Assembly (NCBI RefSeq): GCF_006345805.1
Contig: NC_042997.1
Coordinates: 172,856,001 to 172,920,000, forward strand
DNA from: Octopus sinensis
Taxonomy: Eukaryota
Length of the DNA stretch: 64,000 bases
Direction: 5' to 3'
The notes below the pieces were generated by a model, which was given only the letters and a program-made list of their open reading frames with translations, was not told the origin of the DNA and did not search any database. Every line of letters begins with the position of its first letter. The first letter of the stretch is position 1. The translations under genes and the position numbers were made by a program. This document shows, piece after piece, positions 24,101 through 38,640 of this stretch.

Positions 24101-26962
24101 ATTATTCACTGCAAGGAAGTTATAATAGTAGGGTTGAAGGAGTAATTTGCAAACTGGTATGAATGGCTTTGAACACACAAAACTGTGTTTAACCGCAGGC
24201 AATAAGAATATGAATTTTTGAGAGATGAATTCCTTTCTTCATCTTGGAAATTTATGATATCTACAATACAAAAGATCTTCAGGCAGAAGAGAGAGAAATA
24301 AAAAGAAGACTACAAAGATACAAAAAGCAAATATAGATCCTGTGGTTAATGGAATATTTCTGTAGTTAGCCACTACTGGACAATTTTATCTTGTAGACAT
24401 TATTATATTGTTTAATTCCAGATCATCTCTAATCAAGCCAATTTCTGATTAAAGGAGATTACAGTTTCCAAACGTAATTCATTGAGGACTATTTTATCTA
24501 TAATATATCGTCTTGTTTTTAGCAGCAAGTTCTGATTTGAGGGAATTTTGGCTGCTACTTCTAGCATGTTGAATGACCATGTAGAAACTCCATTGTTGGT
24601 TCAGTGTATATTCATATTATTGGATAAATATTAAAAATAATAAAATTGAAGAAATAACAGAATGATACAGTAAGGTGTAGTTTAGCAAGAACATTAAGAT
24701 TTGTGCAAAATATACGGCTTTCTGTGAGACATTATTGATTGTTAAACAACTAAAATAGTCTATAGCTAACAAGGCCCTGTTTCCATTAGTGAGCAACATA
24801 TCTTCTTGTTTTTCCTCTTCTAAAGTTGTATGCTACAATGGTGCTACAGAATAGCAGCTGCATCAGGTGTTGTCCATCTTCAATTCCACAAGCTACAACT
24901 TCAGAAAGCATGCTGTTTGCAAACATATTCTACCGTAAAGCAATGGTTGGCATGGTAGCTGCTATAGTTCTGTCAATTTGCCATATTGCAGAGTTGATAA
25001 ATGTGGACTTCACTTTTATTATCATGTTAGCAGGCATCTTTAGCTGTGTGAGTGAACAAACTGTATAAAAATTCACAACAGCAACTGCAGTTGTTTGTAG
25101 TAGCAACAGCATTACAGTTAGACAGAAATGAGACATCGAAAATGTGAAGAACTGAAGGCAGTCAATTTAGGAAAAGTGTGTGGAGGGGGGATACCAATCG
25201 CACACATATTCACACATACATACACATACACACAAAAATGCAGCCAGCTACAAATTTTTTGCTAGATCTGAAAGAATAACTGATGAAGGAAATTTATGGT
25301 TCAGTTGCACAGCTAAACCCTGATAGTCATTAAATTTGGTTCAAGTTCCGAGTGGTTTAATTAGACAGTCAAATAATACTTCATCAGTAAAGATATTTGG
25401 GAAATGATAACGATTGAAGAACTTCCAACGACTGAAGATTGTAAAACAGCAAAAGTTCTTTGTTAGTGAAAATAATATGAGCAAAAAACCTAAATAACTA
25501 ACAATTATCTGATGCCAACAAAGGTACTTTTATTTTTAAGAAGATTACTTATTTATCAAAAGAGCTGATGTGCTTAAAAATTGGCGAAGATGTATTTTAA
25601 TCAAGTAAGGATAGCACATAATTTGAAACTGTTATTTAATGGGTCAATCTTAAAATGTTCACTTCCAACAAGAAACTTCACAAGAAAATTTGAAACAAGT
25701 ACCTTGAAACTAAAGTAATAAATAAAACTTTAGCATCAAATTTTAGGAGAGTTGAAGATTTGGTGTTATAGAATTGTACAATAATACATTTAGTTTTGAT
25801 GAAAATGTTTGGATAAAACACTTTAGATTCTTTTATTATATTGCTATTAGTATTAGGAATTCTTTCGCTGTATTTCTATGTTTCTTATGCTTTTCTGTTT
25901 TTAGTTAAATCAACAAATTATGTTAGTTCATAAAAGGAATCAAGAGGGTACATTCACTTTAGTTTTAATGCTGTTGTTTGAAATAAAGGAACAGGGGGCT
26001 GGAAACAATTTGGGAAGTTTTTGTAGAAAAATATTCTATGTGTTTTTTTTTAATAGATAAAAACTATTTAATTAATTTTATTTTTTGAAAATTTTATGGT
26101 GCAAATTCTGGTAGTACATTGTCTCACATTTTCTCAAGAGAATTATCTGAAATCTAAGGAAACTGCAATGAAATTCTGAACAGAAAAGAACATGGGAATG
26201 AAGGACGAAGGCAAGTCGGGCAAAATATCACATAAAATATTTCATGTAACCAGACTCTGATGTGGTTAGAATGGCAAGAAAACGGTTCCTGAATACCTAA
26301 AACAAAAAAAATCAACAACAGAATATGTTAGGGTGACTTCTAACAGATTTTGGACAGAAATTGTTTTCTGTTCAATTTTGCAAAAATTCAAAATCTGCCG
26401 ACCAGTTCAAACTCTTACATAAGAACAGATAAACATAAAAGAGAAAAATAATTTGCTGAATTACTTGGAAATGTCCAATACATTGAACTAATATGAACTA
26501 AATTAACTGAATTCAAGTACCACAAATTTTTAAGAGAACAGCATTAATTCTTGCAAACTTCTCTTTGAACAGAACGGTTTGTTGCTGCATAAGAAGCGCA
26601 AGACTACGTACAATGTAATGGTTTTGGCATAGCTTAGTACTTTTTGCTAAAACAGCTAATGGCAAGAAAGAAGCAAGTCAAATTTGATGATAAAAAAATA
26701 AATTTCTGTCAATAAGATGTAAATGGAAACACACAGAGAATTAATCTACAAGGGAGTGAAAGTTATTATAAAAAATAAGTAAAGATACTATCAAGAATTC
26801 AAGCATAAAATGGAATGATCATAAATCATTTAAAATATATGAAATATCACATAAAATACTCCTTTAAAAAGTATATTACATTAGACTTATAAACCCTGCA
26901 TCTCTCTCTCTTTCTCTCTACATACATACAAGCATACACATATATGTATGAACATATAAATA

Positions 26963-27016
<54 letters not shown>

Positions 27017-28228
27017 GAATGTATGTAAAAGAGAGATAGAGAGCAAAGTTTGATGACAGAATTAATACAACATTGACAGCATAGTGCTACTTTAGAATAA
27101 TACGTAAAGTAGCAGGAGCATTTCAAGTAATTCTTTGAAATACTTCCTGAAATGATTTATAATAAATAATATATAATTAGCATATTTAGCGGGTAGAAAA
27201 ATATTAATTTGAATAATTTCTCATTTGCAATCTGAGTAGCATCAGCAGCAGCAATAGTGATATCAGCAAGTTAATAAAGGAACCTGTACATGGTGACTTG
27301 ATCTGCTAAAAAAAAAAACAGCAGCCAAATCTCCCTCAAATCATACTCTGCTACCTTAAGAAGAGAACACCCTTGCATGAACAGATACTCATGAAAAGAA
27401 TGGGAGAATCTAAGCTGGAATGCCTTTTTGAATCATAAGCCTGCTCAATGAAGCTTGGCCAAAGCTGAACAACAACTGCTGTAGTAACTATTTATTTGTT
27501 ATTCTGATTCTTGTTTTGCTATTAAATTGGAAATTAACATTAACGATAGGGATGAATTTTTGCAGTAAGAGCTTTAAAAAACTCTTCAAACAAATCTTGA
27601 ATTCCAAACTGGACACCGTTTTGTAGAGAAAAACTGAATACTATCTGTACATAAAATGTATTTAACTTCAAAGTTATATGGAATTGTTAAAAAAAAATTG
27701 AAAGCAATTAAAAATAATAAATAAAAGATTGGATAGGTAAAAATAGAAACTAATATTGATTTTATTCATTGGTACCAAAGACAGACTGGCATAGATCAAG
27801 CAGACAGTATCCACAAAATCACAGAGACACCGTTTCTTCTCTTTCTGTCTTCTGTAGTTACTACAGTGACCACCACTCCTCTGAACTAGGTATTTGCATA
27901 CCCTGTTATCACCTGAAAGTTGCTACAAATGCTGAAATCCATAATCTTGTCAAAACTACATCATAAAGACATGGATTTATTACTAGAGCCAGGTAATACT
28001 CCAGCCAAAATCAGATACTGATCCTCCAAAAAATTCAAGTAAAATCCACATTGGAGTACAGCGCACATCTAGAATATATTGCTGTTTGCTGCTATATATG
28101 CACATATCCTAGCATGAGAAAATTAAAAGGTTATTCAACTAATTAGAAAAAATTCAGTTAACTTCAGGCTTCTGCTGTCTCACAAATATGCTGTTTCTTT
28201 TCTCTGCTCCATTTATTGTTAGTACATA

Positions 28229-28354
28229 CTACACTCTCGGAGTGGTTGGTATTAGGAAGGGCATCCAGCTGGTTCGCCAGCCCTCAGTCAAAACGTCTAA
28301 CCCATGCTAGCATGGAAAGCGAATGTTAAACGAAGATGATGATGATGATGATGT
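28229..28354 (+). mobile_element. Family B retroposon 3' end with (GAT)n tail
   Basis: Matches the reverse complement of 2735-2960, with an internal deletion. Confidence 0.7.
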
Positions 28355-31300
28355 ATCTTCTCCACCTAAATCAGCTACACATCCAATCACTCTTGCTATG
28401 TCTTGCCTCTCAGACTCAATATTAAACATGTCAACCAATTTTTCCTTCTCAGAATAAAGACCTTTTTAGAATTTCCTCTCACCCATGTTTTCTGACAGAT
28501 ATTCAAGCCGAACATGAGACAGCCTGGACTTTTGATGTAAAGGACATTGCTCTTTCTTTGATTAAATTCATTAAAAAAATTTTTTTTTTTTAAATTCAAG
28601 GCCACATAGTTGTTGATTCAAACCAACACCCAATACAGATACTTATTTTTATCAAGACCAGAAGTGCAAAGATGACCATAGCAGAATTTAAATAAACAAT
28701 TTGAGGGACAGATAATATCACTGAGCTTGGCACCCTAGTGATTCGGCCATCCTCGAGTCACTGATGAGAAAATGCATACAGTAGCTGGTTTCCTCAAGCT
28801 GTCACTTGAGGAGAAGGAGGAGGAGAAGGACAATAGCAAATGTAAATTAAGAAGCTAAAAACAAAATTATGTAAATAGTATGCAATTAGGAAACTTTTGG
28901 CTACTTCCATATAAAGTCTAGATGGAGGAATGAGTGGTGTTCATTGAGAATTATAAAAACAAAACAAACTGACACACACACAGATTTGCTATTTGTATGT
29001 GAAGAGTTGAAGTTCAGTATGAAGAATATCAAAAGTTATGCTACATCCAGTGAAATAATCTAAATCTAGACTTGAGGGATAATTTCTAAACTTTTTTTTG
29101 TATCCATCCACTTTTTTAGCATTTTTATTTTTTATTTTTGGAAAGACCAGATGTGTAAGACATGGGTGTGACTTGGTTATTAAAGATCCCATCCAGTAGG
29201 TAAGTAGGCAGAAGACTAGAACACACACATGAATATGTACAAATATACATATATACTAATATACAAACGTTATCTGTCTCCGACGGAATCAGAATAGTGT
29301 GGCAGTTTCAAAGAATAAACTCTGCTGTTGAATACTCTTATACTCTCATTTCTGTATCCAAATGTACACATACATACAAATACTCAGTGCACTCTCATGT
29401 TAGAATCATGTGAAGCCCATTGTAAATATGATCCTCAAAAATATGAGGGTTTTATATGTACACACACCCACATACAAATCATAAAATTTATTGGTGAAAT
29501 ATCCAAGAGATGCAGCATGGAGTTTTGTCAGTGAACAGGTTGCGGTCTCACAGCGACGAAAATATTTTGACAAATTAAATTTAAATGTTGAAGTGAATCT
29601 AATGGTTTTTGTGTGTTTCTTAAATGGCTTATAAACACCTTCCATGCTGCAATTGTTTCCATTCCAGCACACGATCTCAGATCAGGTCACTTGCTATGCA
29701 AGTACATCTCCGTAATATCCAAGAGTTGTTTTTTAATAAGATCTTTTTTGTTAACTTTCTTATAACCCATGAATGTGTAAAATAGAAATTAAGAAAAAAA
29801 TTTTTTTTTAAATCCCTAAAAACTCCTGAAAATAAAAGGGAGCGAACAGACATTGTAGTTTATTCAAACATAAACACACACAAATATATAGGGTTAAGAA
29901 GTTACTTCACAACCACATTAGCTATCTTATGGAATTTGGTAGACTGAAAGTTGTGTGGAAGCTCATCATGAGTGTGTGTCTTTCGCTGTTGTATATCTGA
30001 AAGATGTAACCATCAACTAGAAAACTACACATGTATGTGTGTATGTGTGTGTGCGCGCGTAGAAACACCTTAGTTCTTTCCAGAAGGTTTCAATATTGTT
30101 TCTGCACCAAAGTACACTGACTCCCTTATCATGCATGCACATTATTGGAAATGCAGTAAATAAGTGGTTGACCAATTGGAAACCAGAAGCCAATGATGCT
30201 TTTGTTCATCAATTGTGATAATAAATGATAAATGACAACTACTAATCCATGTCTTTTGTTTTATTCTCTCATGAAATTCCTATTTACAAGTACATACAAA
30301 GGTGCAGAAAAATTATCAGGTTCTTGCAAAGAAGGAACAATACTTTAAAGATCCACCTCTTGTTCTCACTTTCATAGACATACAACACAAAACCACACAA
30401 AAAAAAACCTCAAAAGAAAAGGTGCAAAAACAAAAATAAGAATATCTGGTTTCACACCGAAAACCCCCTAAAAGAAACAAATTTATTAATAAAATATAGA
30501 AAATGATAATAATAATAAAAATTGGAGATCGATAATGTTCGTAGGCAGATAAAAGTATTTTAAGATGTGTGAGTGTGTATTAATTTAGTAGCGGATAAAT
30601 AATAAAGCTGCCTATTCACAATAACATTTCTAACTAGAAACTGAAGAGTCATTTTCAAGTCATAACATCAATGAAAGATATTTTTATCCTCCTTTGAAAA
30701 TGTAGCAACCATTCTATAAATAAAACTGGCCATCTTAAAAGCTAGCTTGTTACACACAAATGGTCCAGGGATTTTATTATTATTATTATTATTATTATTA
30801 CTACTACTACTTTCTATATTTATTAATTTTTTTTTTTTTTGCAAGAAATATATTACAACTAACTGAATGGTTCATTTTCCATTGTAACTGGCCAAGACCA
30901 ACACATCTCTCTCTCCCCCGCTTTCTTTGTAAAGTCTTTCTGGCTGTCCGTCTGTTTCTATTATTCAAACCAGTCACAAAGGCAGCATTGCTGAGCATTC
31001 TAATTCCCGAGAAAATATTCTTTCAAAAGAGAATGCATATTATTTAATTAAATTTTTTTTTATAAAGTGGATACAGGGAGAGCGTGTGTTCAAATGTATC
31101 TCTGGATTATTCATGCAACATTCCTGGCAATAAAAGCCATAATTCTCTTGAAATCTACCTTCTGTTTCATTATTTGAATGGAAGCAAAAGACAAAAGTTT
31201 TGGTTAGCCATTATTTGAATATGAAGAATAAATTGCAAGTGAAGTATTAAAACCTTCGTAACTAACATTCATGATATATGAATAAACTGACTTGTTTTGT

Positions 31301-32244
31301 TTTTCAACTAGAGAGAACATCATCTAGAAAAGCTTGTGGTTTAAGAAATCCTACTTGCAATTACATAATTCTGGGTCCAATTCTACTGTGCAGCACCTTG
31401 GAAAAGTTTCTTTATTTAAGCCTCTAGCTGGGAAAAACCTTGCAAGTGAAAATGGATAGATGGAATCTGTACAGGGACCCATTGAATATTAAACTATGCA
31501 TCTTGCTTCACCAAACATAACAGCACACTTAGCCCTTGAGTAGCTTTAGTAAAGCATATGCTGATGCTATGAGTATTTGGACTAGGTTTTCTGCTTGAGA
31601 ACAATGTAGAGGCTGTGGTCTCATTCTTCACCTTCTCCTAACCATTCTTAGAGGGCCTGCAAAAACATCATGGGCTGATCTTCCACTACCAAAGTGATCA
31701 GCTGAAAAGTCGTTCTACAGACATATGTGAGAGTGTGTGTGAGTGCACGTGGGTATAGTCATGTCATTAAGTATATGTGAGGGTGTTGTTTATTGGCTAA
31801 TTTTTGTAGAAGACTTAGTATAATTGACTCAACTCACCCTAGAAATATTCTCAATGTATTCTTTATTGATACAGCTTCTCACAAGTTAAAAACAAATATG
31901 AATTAGGTAAGACTTGAGTTCAGAATTCAGTTGGAGAAAATTAAATACAACTTCAGGCATTTTGTAGGAATAGGAAAATGTGAGAATAATCTAATACTTT
32001 CTTATTTCTGCAGAATTACAGAAAGGAATTTATTTATACTGCAATATGTATTTTGCATATACAATTTGTGACCAATTTACTTGTCCAAATTTTCAGACTA
32101 ACTATTCTGAGACACCAGCTTTAAGGAATTTAGTCATTTATATTGACCTTACTTAATCTAGTGATTATCAATTTGTTTACCAAATGGTTAAGGCAGTGTT
32201 TATTGGTGTAAAGAGACACACCATTTTATACACACACACATATT

Positions 32245-32710
32245 ATATATGGCTCAAAGATCAAATAAACACAAAGACGAGGTAAAAACAACAAACAGAG
32301 TGTATTGAGCTTATGCTTAGGAAAGAAGGTGAGATGTACATGAATGTTTGAAGGATCTTGGGAATAAGAAGTTAGCTAGCGGTCCCCAGCCGCAAGTATA
32401 TCCCTGTTGGGAGAACGTCTTGTTTGCCGTAGATTTTCCACAGACGCAGGGACAGGATGGATTGAAGCCGCTGGTTGCCGGATCAGACGCTTCTGTTTAC
32501 CAGAGCCCTGTTAGCCAGGTGCGGCCCTGATACCGCTGGGTATCAGAACAATCCGCCTTGGGTGGCCCTACCAGAAATCAAAGTCTCTGACAGTATAGCT
32601 CTGGTTGGAGATCATGCGGTCGTTAGCCTCAAATCGCCAGGCCTGGTCGGTGTTTGTGAGAGATGAATGAAGCCAGCTCAACCCACCCCGGGTGAATGGT
32701 GTCTCAAGAC
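32245..32710 (-). mobile_element. GC-rich fragment of an unclassified mobile element
   Basis: CpG-rich island at 32380-32700. Its minus-strand 3' end (atacactctgtttgttgtttttacctcgtctttg) resembles the tail at 45270-45310 and abuts (TA)n. Confidence 0.45.
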
Positions 32711-33814
32711 AAGAAGATGTTTAGGAAAACTGGAAGAAGTCTTTAACATTTCAAACCTATGCTCTTCTACAAACAGGATAGAATGACAACAGTAGAAGAA
32801 AGCTGGAGAGAAAATAAACAAAACAAATATGTTTGAATTAAGTGGTCATTGCATGTGTGCATATGCTCACATAACAGGCTTCTACACAATGTCTATCTTA
32901 CAAGTTTTACTTCATAAGGTATACCATATTGGTCAATGCAATAGTGTAAAAACCACATTGGTCAACTTCATGGTGTAAAACACCTAAACTGATGCACATA
33001 AACAGCATTGATCCTGGAACCAAGTGGCTGCAAAGTAGACTTCTTCACTATATGCACCCGTTATGTGTTATGTGTCAGATAAAATAATCATTCGAACATA
33101 GTGAGTGATTATAGTTTGAGGAGTGGCTGGCTTGTAAAATCAAAATGTTTATGGTCTAAATCTCTCTCTTTCTTTCTTTCTTTCTGAATTGCACTATGCA
33201 GCAAACAACTGCAGTCAGCAGCAGAAGCAGAGAAGAAGATGTGTAGCATTTGGCATTTTTCATTTTCATATGCATGAAGAGATGATTAGATCTGAAAGTG
33301 AGTCATGATCATTTATTAGGTGTTGAAAGGCAAAACACTTTCTCTATCTCTCTCTCTCTCTTTTTTTTTTTCCCCCAGCCTTTCTTCCGTTGAGCAACCA
33401 TCATCACAACCATCACCACCATTTGCTGCTGATTATAATCTGATTCATCAGTTGAAAACAGAAACTCACAGAGCCATCTTGAAAGAAGAGATTGACCCTT
33501 TTGATCCCCGCCTCCACTACCATCCTTTTTCCTCCTCTTCATCATCATCAACAACAGCAGTAACACACATGACTCTGAACGTTACTGAAAGGTATCATCT
33601 AGAAAGTAGCCTAGATGCTTTAAAGTTCTTATATTTCTAATAGATATCTAAATATGGCAATGAGGATGAACACACGGTAAGAACGATAATGATGATGATG
33701 ATGATGATGATAATAAAGAAAGGAAACTAGGAGAGAAATGCCAAGGAGAAAGCAACTGTTAAGAAGACTGTATCTTCTTGTGGATTTTGTTTCGTTCCAA
33801 GTATTCCTGTGTAG

Positions 33815-36280
33815 ACCAATGAAAAAAGCATTCCAGCCAAGACCATCCAGTTTATTTCCAGAAAGTGTCACCAAAATCATTAATGAAAATTGTGTCTTTT
33901 TTGTTTTAATACAATGAATGGTCTGAGGAAAATTTGGCAACTATTTCTAGCAGGTCAAATGACCACATAGAGGCTACCATGTTGTTTAGCTCCAAGTATT
34001 CCTATTGTAGACCAATGACAAAAGCATTCCAGCCATGACCATCCAGTTTATTTCCAGAAAGTGTCACCAAAAGTATTAATAAAAATTGTGTTTTCTTTTT
34101 TTTTTGTTTTAATACAATGTATGGTCTGAGGAAAATTTGGCAACTATTTCTAGCAGGTCAAATGACCACATAGAGGCTACCATGTTGCTTTTAAGTTGTA
34201 TGCTAGTGAAGTGCTTGTATGCATGAGCATGTGAGAATATGATGTTGTTTAGCTCCAAGTATTCCAGCCATGACCATCCAGTTTATTTCCAGAAAGTGTC
34301 ACCAAAAGTATTAATAAAAATTGTGTCTTTTTTGTTTTAATACACTGTAAAGTCTGAGGAAAATTTGGCAACTATTTCTAGCAGGTCAAATGACCACATA
34401 GAGGCTACCATGTTGCTTTTAAGTGTATGCTAGTGAAGTGCTTGTGTGCATGGGCATGTGAGAATATGTTCTTGTAGTTTTTAAATAACATTAAAAATAA
34501 AATCTCTGAACAGTAACTGGAACAATTCTGTGTAGAAGACATACATCTGAATATGAAAGTATTTGAAGAAACATAGGAGGATATAGACCAGACACAGACT
34601 AATTCCTATACTTATTTTATCTTGGTCAAATATCTTCTAATATCTTCTGATAAAAGAGGCCTCTTTTCTTTCAGGTTGTTTTTTTTTCTTTTTTTTTTGT
34701 TTTAATACAATGTATGGTCTGAGGAAAATTTGGCAACTATTTCTAGCAGGTCAAATGACCACATAGAGGCTACCATGTTGCTTTTAAGTTGTATGCTAGT
34801 GAAGTGCTTGTATGCATGAGCATGTGAGAATATGATGTTGTTTAGCTCCAAGTATTCCAGCCATGACCATCCAGTTTATTTCCAGAAAGTGTCACCAAAA
34901 GTATTAATAAAAATTGTGTCTTTTTTGTTTTAATACACTGTAAAGTCTGAGGAAAATTTGGCAACTATTTCTAGCAGGTCAAATGACCACATAGAGGCTA
35001 CCATGTTGCTTTTAAGTGTATGCTAGTGAAGTACTTGTGTGCATGGGCATGTGAGAATATGATGTTGTTTAGCTCCAAGTATTCCTATTGTAGACCAATG
35101 ACAAAAGCATTCCAGCCATGACCATCCAGTTTATTTCCAGAAAGTGTCACCAAAAGTATTAATAAAAATTGTGTCTTTTTTGTTTTAATACACTGTAAAG
35201 TCTGAGGAAAATTTGGCAACTATTTCTAGCAGGTCAAATGACCACATAGAGGCTACCATGTTGCTTTTAAGTGTATGCTAGTGAAGTGCTTGTATGCATG
35301 AGCATGTGAGAATATGATGTTGTTTAGCTCCAAGTATTCCTATTGTAGACCAATGACAAAAGCATTCCAGCCATGACCATCCAGTTTATTTCCAGAAAGT
35401 GTCACCAAAATCATTAATGAAAATTGTGTCTTTTTTGTTTTAATACACTGTAAAGTCTGAGGAAAATTTGGCAACTATTTCTAGCAGGTCAAATGACCAC
35501 ATAGAGGCTACCATGTTGTTTAGCTCCAAGTATTCCAGCCATGACCATCCAGTTTATTTCCAGAAAGTGTCACCAAAATCATTAATGAAAATTGTGTCTT
35601 TTTTGTTTTAATACACTGTAAAGTCTGAGGAAAATTTGGCAACTATTTCTAGCAGGTCAAATGACCACATAGAGGCTACCATGTTGTTTAGCTCCAAGTA
35701 TTCCTATTGTAGACCAATGACAAAAGCATTCCAGCCAAGACCATCCAGTTTATTTCCAGAAAGTGTCACCAAAATCATTAATGAAAATTGTGTCTTTTTT
35801 GTTTTAATACACTGTAAAGTCTGAGGAAAATTTGGCAACTATTTCTAGCAGGTCAAATGACCACATAGAGGCTACCATGTTGCTTTTAAGTGTATGCTAG
35901 TGAAGTGCTTGTATGCATGAGCATGTGAGAATATGATGTTGTTTAGCTCCAAGTATTCCAGCCATGACCATCCAGTTTATTTCCAGAAAGTGTCACCAAA
36001 ATCATTAATGAAAATTGTGTCTTTTTTGTTTTAATACACTGTAAAGTCTGAGGAAAATTTGGCAACTATTTCTAGCAGGTCAAATGACCACATAGAGGCT
36101 ACCATGTTGCTTTTAAGTGTATGCTAGTGAAGTACTTGTGTGCATGGGCATGTGAGAATATGATGTTGTTTAGCTCCAAGTATTCCAGCCATGACCATCC
36201 AGTTTATTTCCAGAAAGTGTCACCAAAAGTATTAATAAAAATTGTGTTTTCTTTTTTTTTTTTTTTTTTTTTTTGGAGGG
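33815..36280. repeat. Modular satellite; unit periods 168, 196, 227 and 255 bp
   Basis: Core module starts at 33833, 34029, 34264, 34857, 35112, 35367, 35535, 35731, 35958 and 36185, plus a partial copy near 34680. A unique interruption lies at about 34470-34675. Confidence 0.95.
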
Positions 36281-36671
36281 GAAGGAGCAATATTATGGGT
36301 TCATATTAAGAAGAGGTTAAAACTTCAAAACAGGGACGTTTGTATGATATACTTATTGTTTTTGTATACCTTGTTTATATACATATATATTTGTGTAAAA
36401 AAAAAACAAAAACGCATTGATAACATTTATTTGTGTGTTTGTGTGTGTGTGTGTGCATGCGTGCACGCTATACAGACATGTGCACTTTCTAACTATCAAA
36501 ATTTGCAACTTAGTTGTTTCCAGTTAAATGCATGTGTCTATAATATGACAGAGTGATTAAGTAACTTGTTAAAGGGTGAAACTTGAAGTCACATTCACAT
36601 TATCAACAATAGTAATTATATATATAATAAAATATATATATACATGAAATATTAAATATATATATATATAT

Positions 36672-36984
36672 TGTTGTATTTAGGAATGGTCATTTTGCCA
36701 GTTTAGCCAATAAAAACACACGCACTATATATTTGGTGTTACTTTGCTTCATTGTTATTTATTTTTTACATTAATCTTAATCTTATTTCGGCCAGAGTTC
36801 TTTCGTCACACTCCTGTGACCGCATCAGTGATCCTTTGCTTTCTTCTTTCTTATTTGTGTGTCTCTCCTTACTAACCGTCAGCCATTTTGTATTTCTATT
36901 GTATGTGTCTTCATTTGCACATGCATGTATCTCTATATTTCAAAACATGATTTCACATCAAAAGTCTTGCAAAACAAATATATA

Positions 36985-36985
<1 letters not shown>
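36672..36985 (-). mobile_element. Insertion flanked by (TA)n carrying a degenerate hammerhead-like motif (Penelope-like relic)
   Basis: Minus strand CTGATGC-G-GTCAC-aggagt-GTGAC-GAAA (36801-36828); TA runs on both sides. Confidence 0.45.
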
Positions 36986-37025
<40 letters not shown>

Positions 37026-37899
37026 AATATATATATATATATATATTATAAATTTGTTTCAGCTCCATATGGGCACATGGGATGGACCCATCTCATCAGA
37101 TATCAGAAAAGACTCATCTGATCTCATATGAGATGGGTTTGAATCAAACTGTTATTAAAAATATATGTATATATGTATCTCCAAACAAATGTGTTGGGTG
37201 CCTCTTCCTTTCATCTGTCAACTCTCTCATTACACACACACACACACACACACTAGATTCAATAATATGAAGTAAAGAAGATATGAGTGAGAATAGATGG
37301 ATAGACAGATAGATAATTAGATTGATTGTAGGTAGGTAGGTAGAGAGGCAGAGATTTCAACTGAAACAAATGGAGTTCATTTTATTTTAGTATAAATTAG
37401 ATTGAAGACATCTGGTTGAGTTGAAGGATTAATTTTCTAATGTTAATCATGGAAAACAACAACAACAACAATAATTGGTAAGAATATACAAAGAAGGCAA
37501 TAATGATAATGACGATGATGATAATGATGGTGATTAAAAGATAAATTGAAAAAAAAAATAATAAAAAACAAACAATAAAGATAGCAAAAAATATAACCAG
37601 TAATGATGATAAAAGTTTTAATCGGAGATTTCACATGATTGTCAAATATTTAATACTTATTTAGTCGTATTCAATAGAAAAGTTTACACAGAAAGGTGTT
37701 TCTCTTGAGATAGGCTCACCTATAGTACAGAATAGGATTGAAAAAAAAAAAAAAACCAAATGGGGAAAAAAAAAGAACAAAAATAGGACAAAAGGTTTCA
37801 ACAAAAATTAAATTAACAAGATGTTTACAAAATTTTAAAAAGAGTCAAAACAATGTATGTATAAAAATGAAATAAACAAACAAAACAAAACTAAAAGCA

Positions 37900-38174
37900 A
37901 GTGACATAGAACAACAAAAATATACATATGTATGTATATATATATACAAACACACACGTCAACACATGAATGTATACACACATACATGTGTATATATGTG
38001 TGCGTGTGTGTTTGCTTGTGCATATACATATATGTGTGTGTGAGTGAGTGTGTGTGTGTGTGTGTATATACATATATACATACTTGTTATGAGAATGTGA
38101 GTGTGCACATATATATATATATACATACATATACATGTATATATGTATATATATACATATATATATATATATAC

Positions 38175-38207
<33 letters not shown>

Positions 38208-38482
38208 CATATATGTATACATATACATATATATATACATATATATATACATATATATATATATATGTACATATATATACATATATATGTACATACATAT
38301 ATATATATACATACATATATATATATATATATATACATATATATGTATATATGTACATATATATGTATGTATATATATATATGTATATATATATACATAT
38401 ATGTATATATATATATATATACATATATGTATATATATATATACATAAATGTATATATATATATACATATATATGTATATAT

Positions 38483-38513
<31 letters not shown>

Positions 38514-38640
38514 CATATATATGTATATATATACATATATATGTATATATATACATATATATGTATATATATATACACACATACACACACAAGAAACATA
38601 TATATATATATTTTTATGTATACACACACACACACATACA
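37900..38640. repeat. Long compound (TA)n/(CA)n/(TG)n microsatellite
   Basis: Direct inspection; source of the long spurious YI/CV ORFs. Confidence 0.95.

Noticed and set aside
28760-28815. CTGATGAG string suggesting another hammerhead
   Set aside because: No stem II followed by GAAA and no stem I partner.
33815-36280. CRISPR-like reading of the regularly spaced repeat array
   Set aside because: The intervening modules are themselves repeated rather than unique spacers, there are no cas genes, and the context is eukaryotic.
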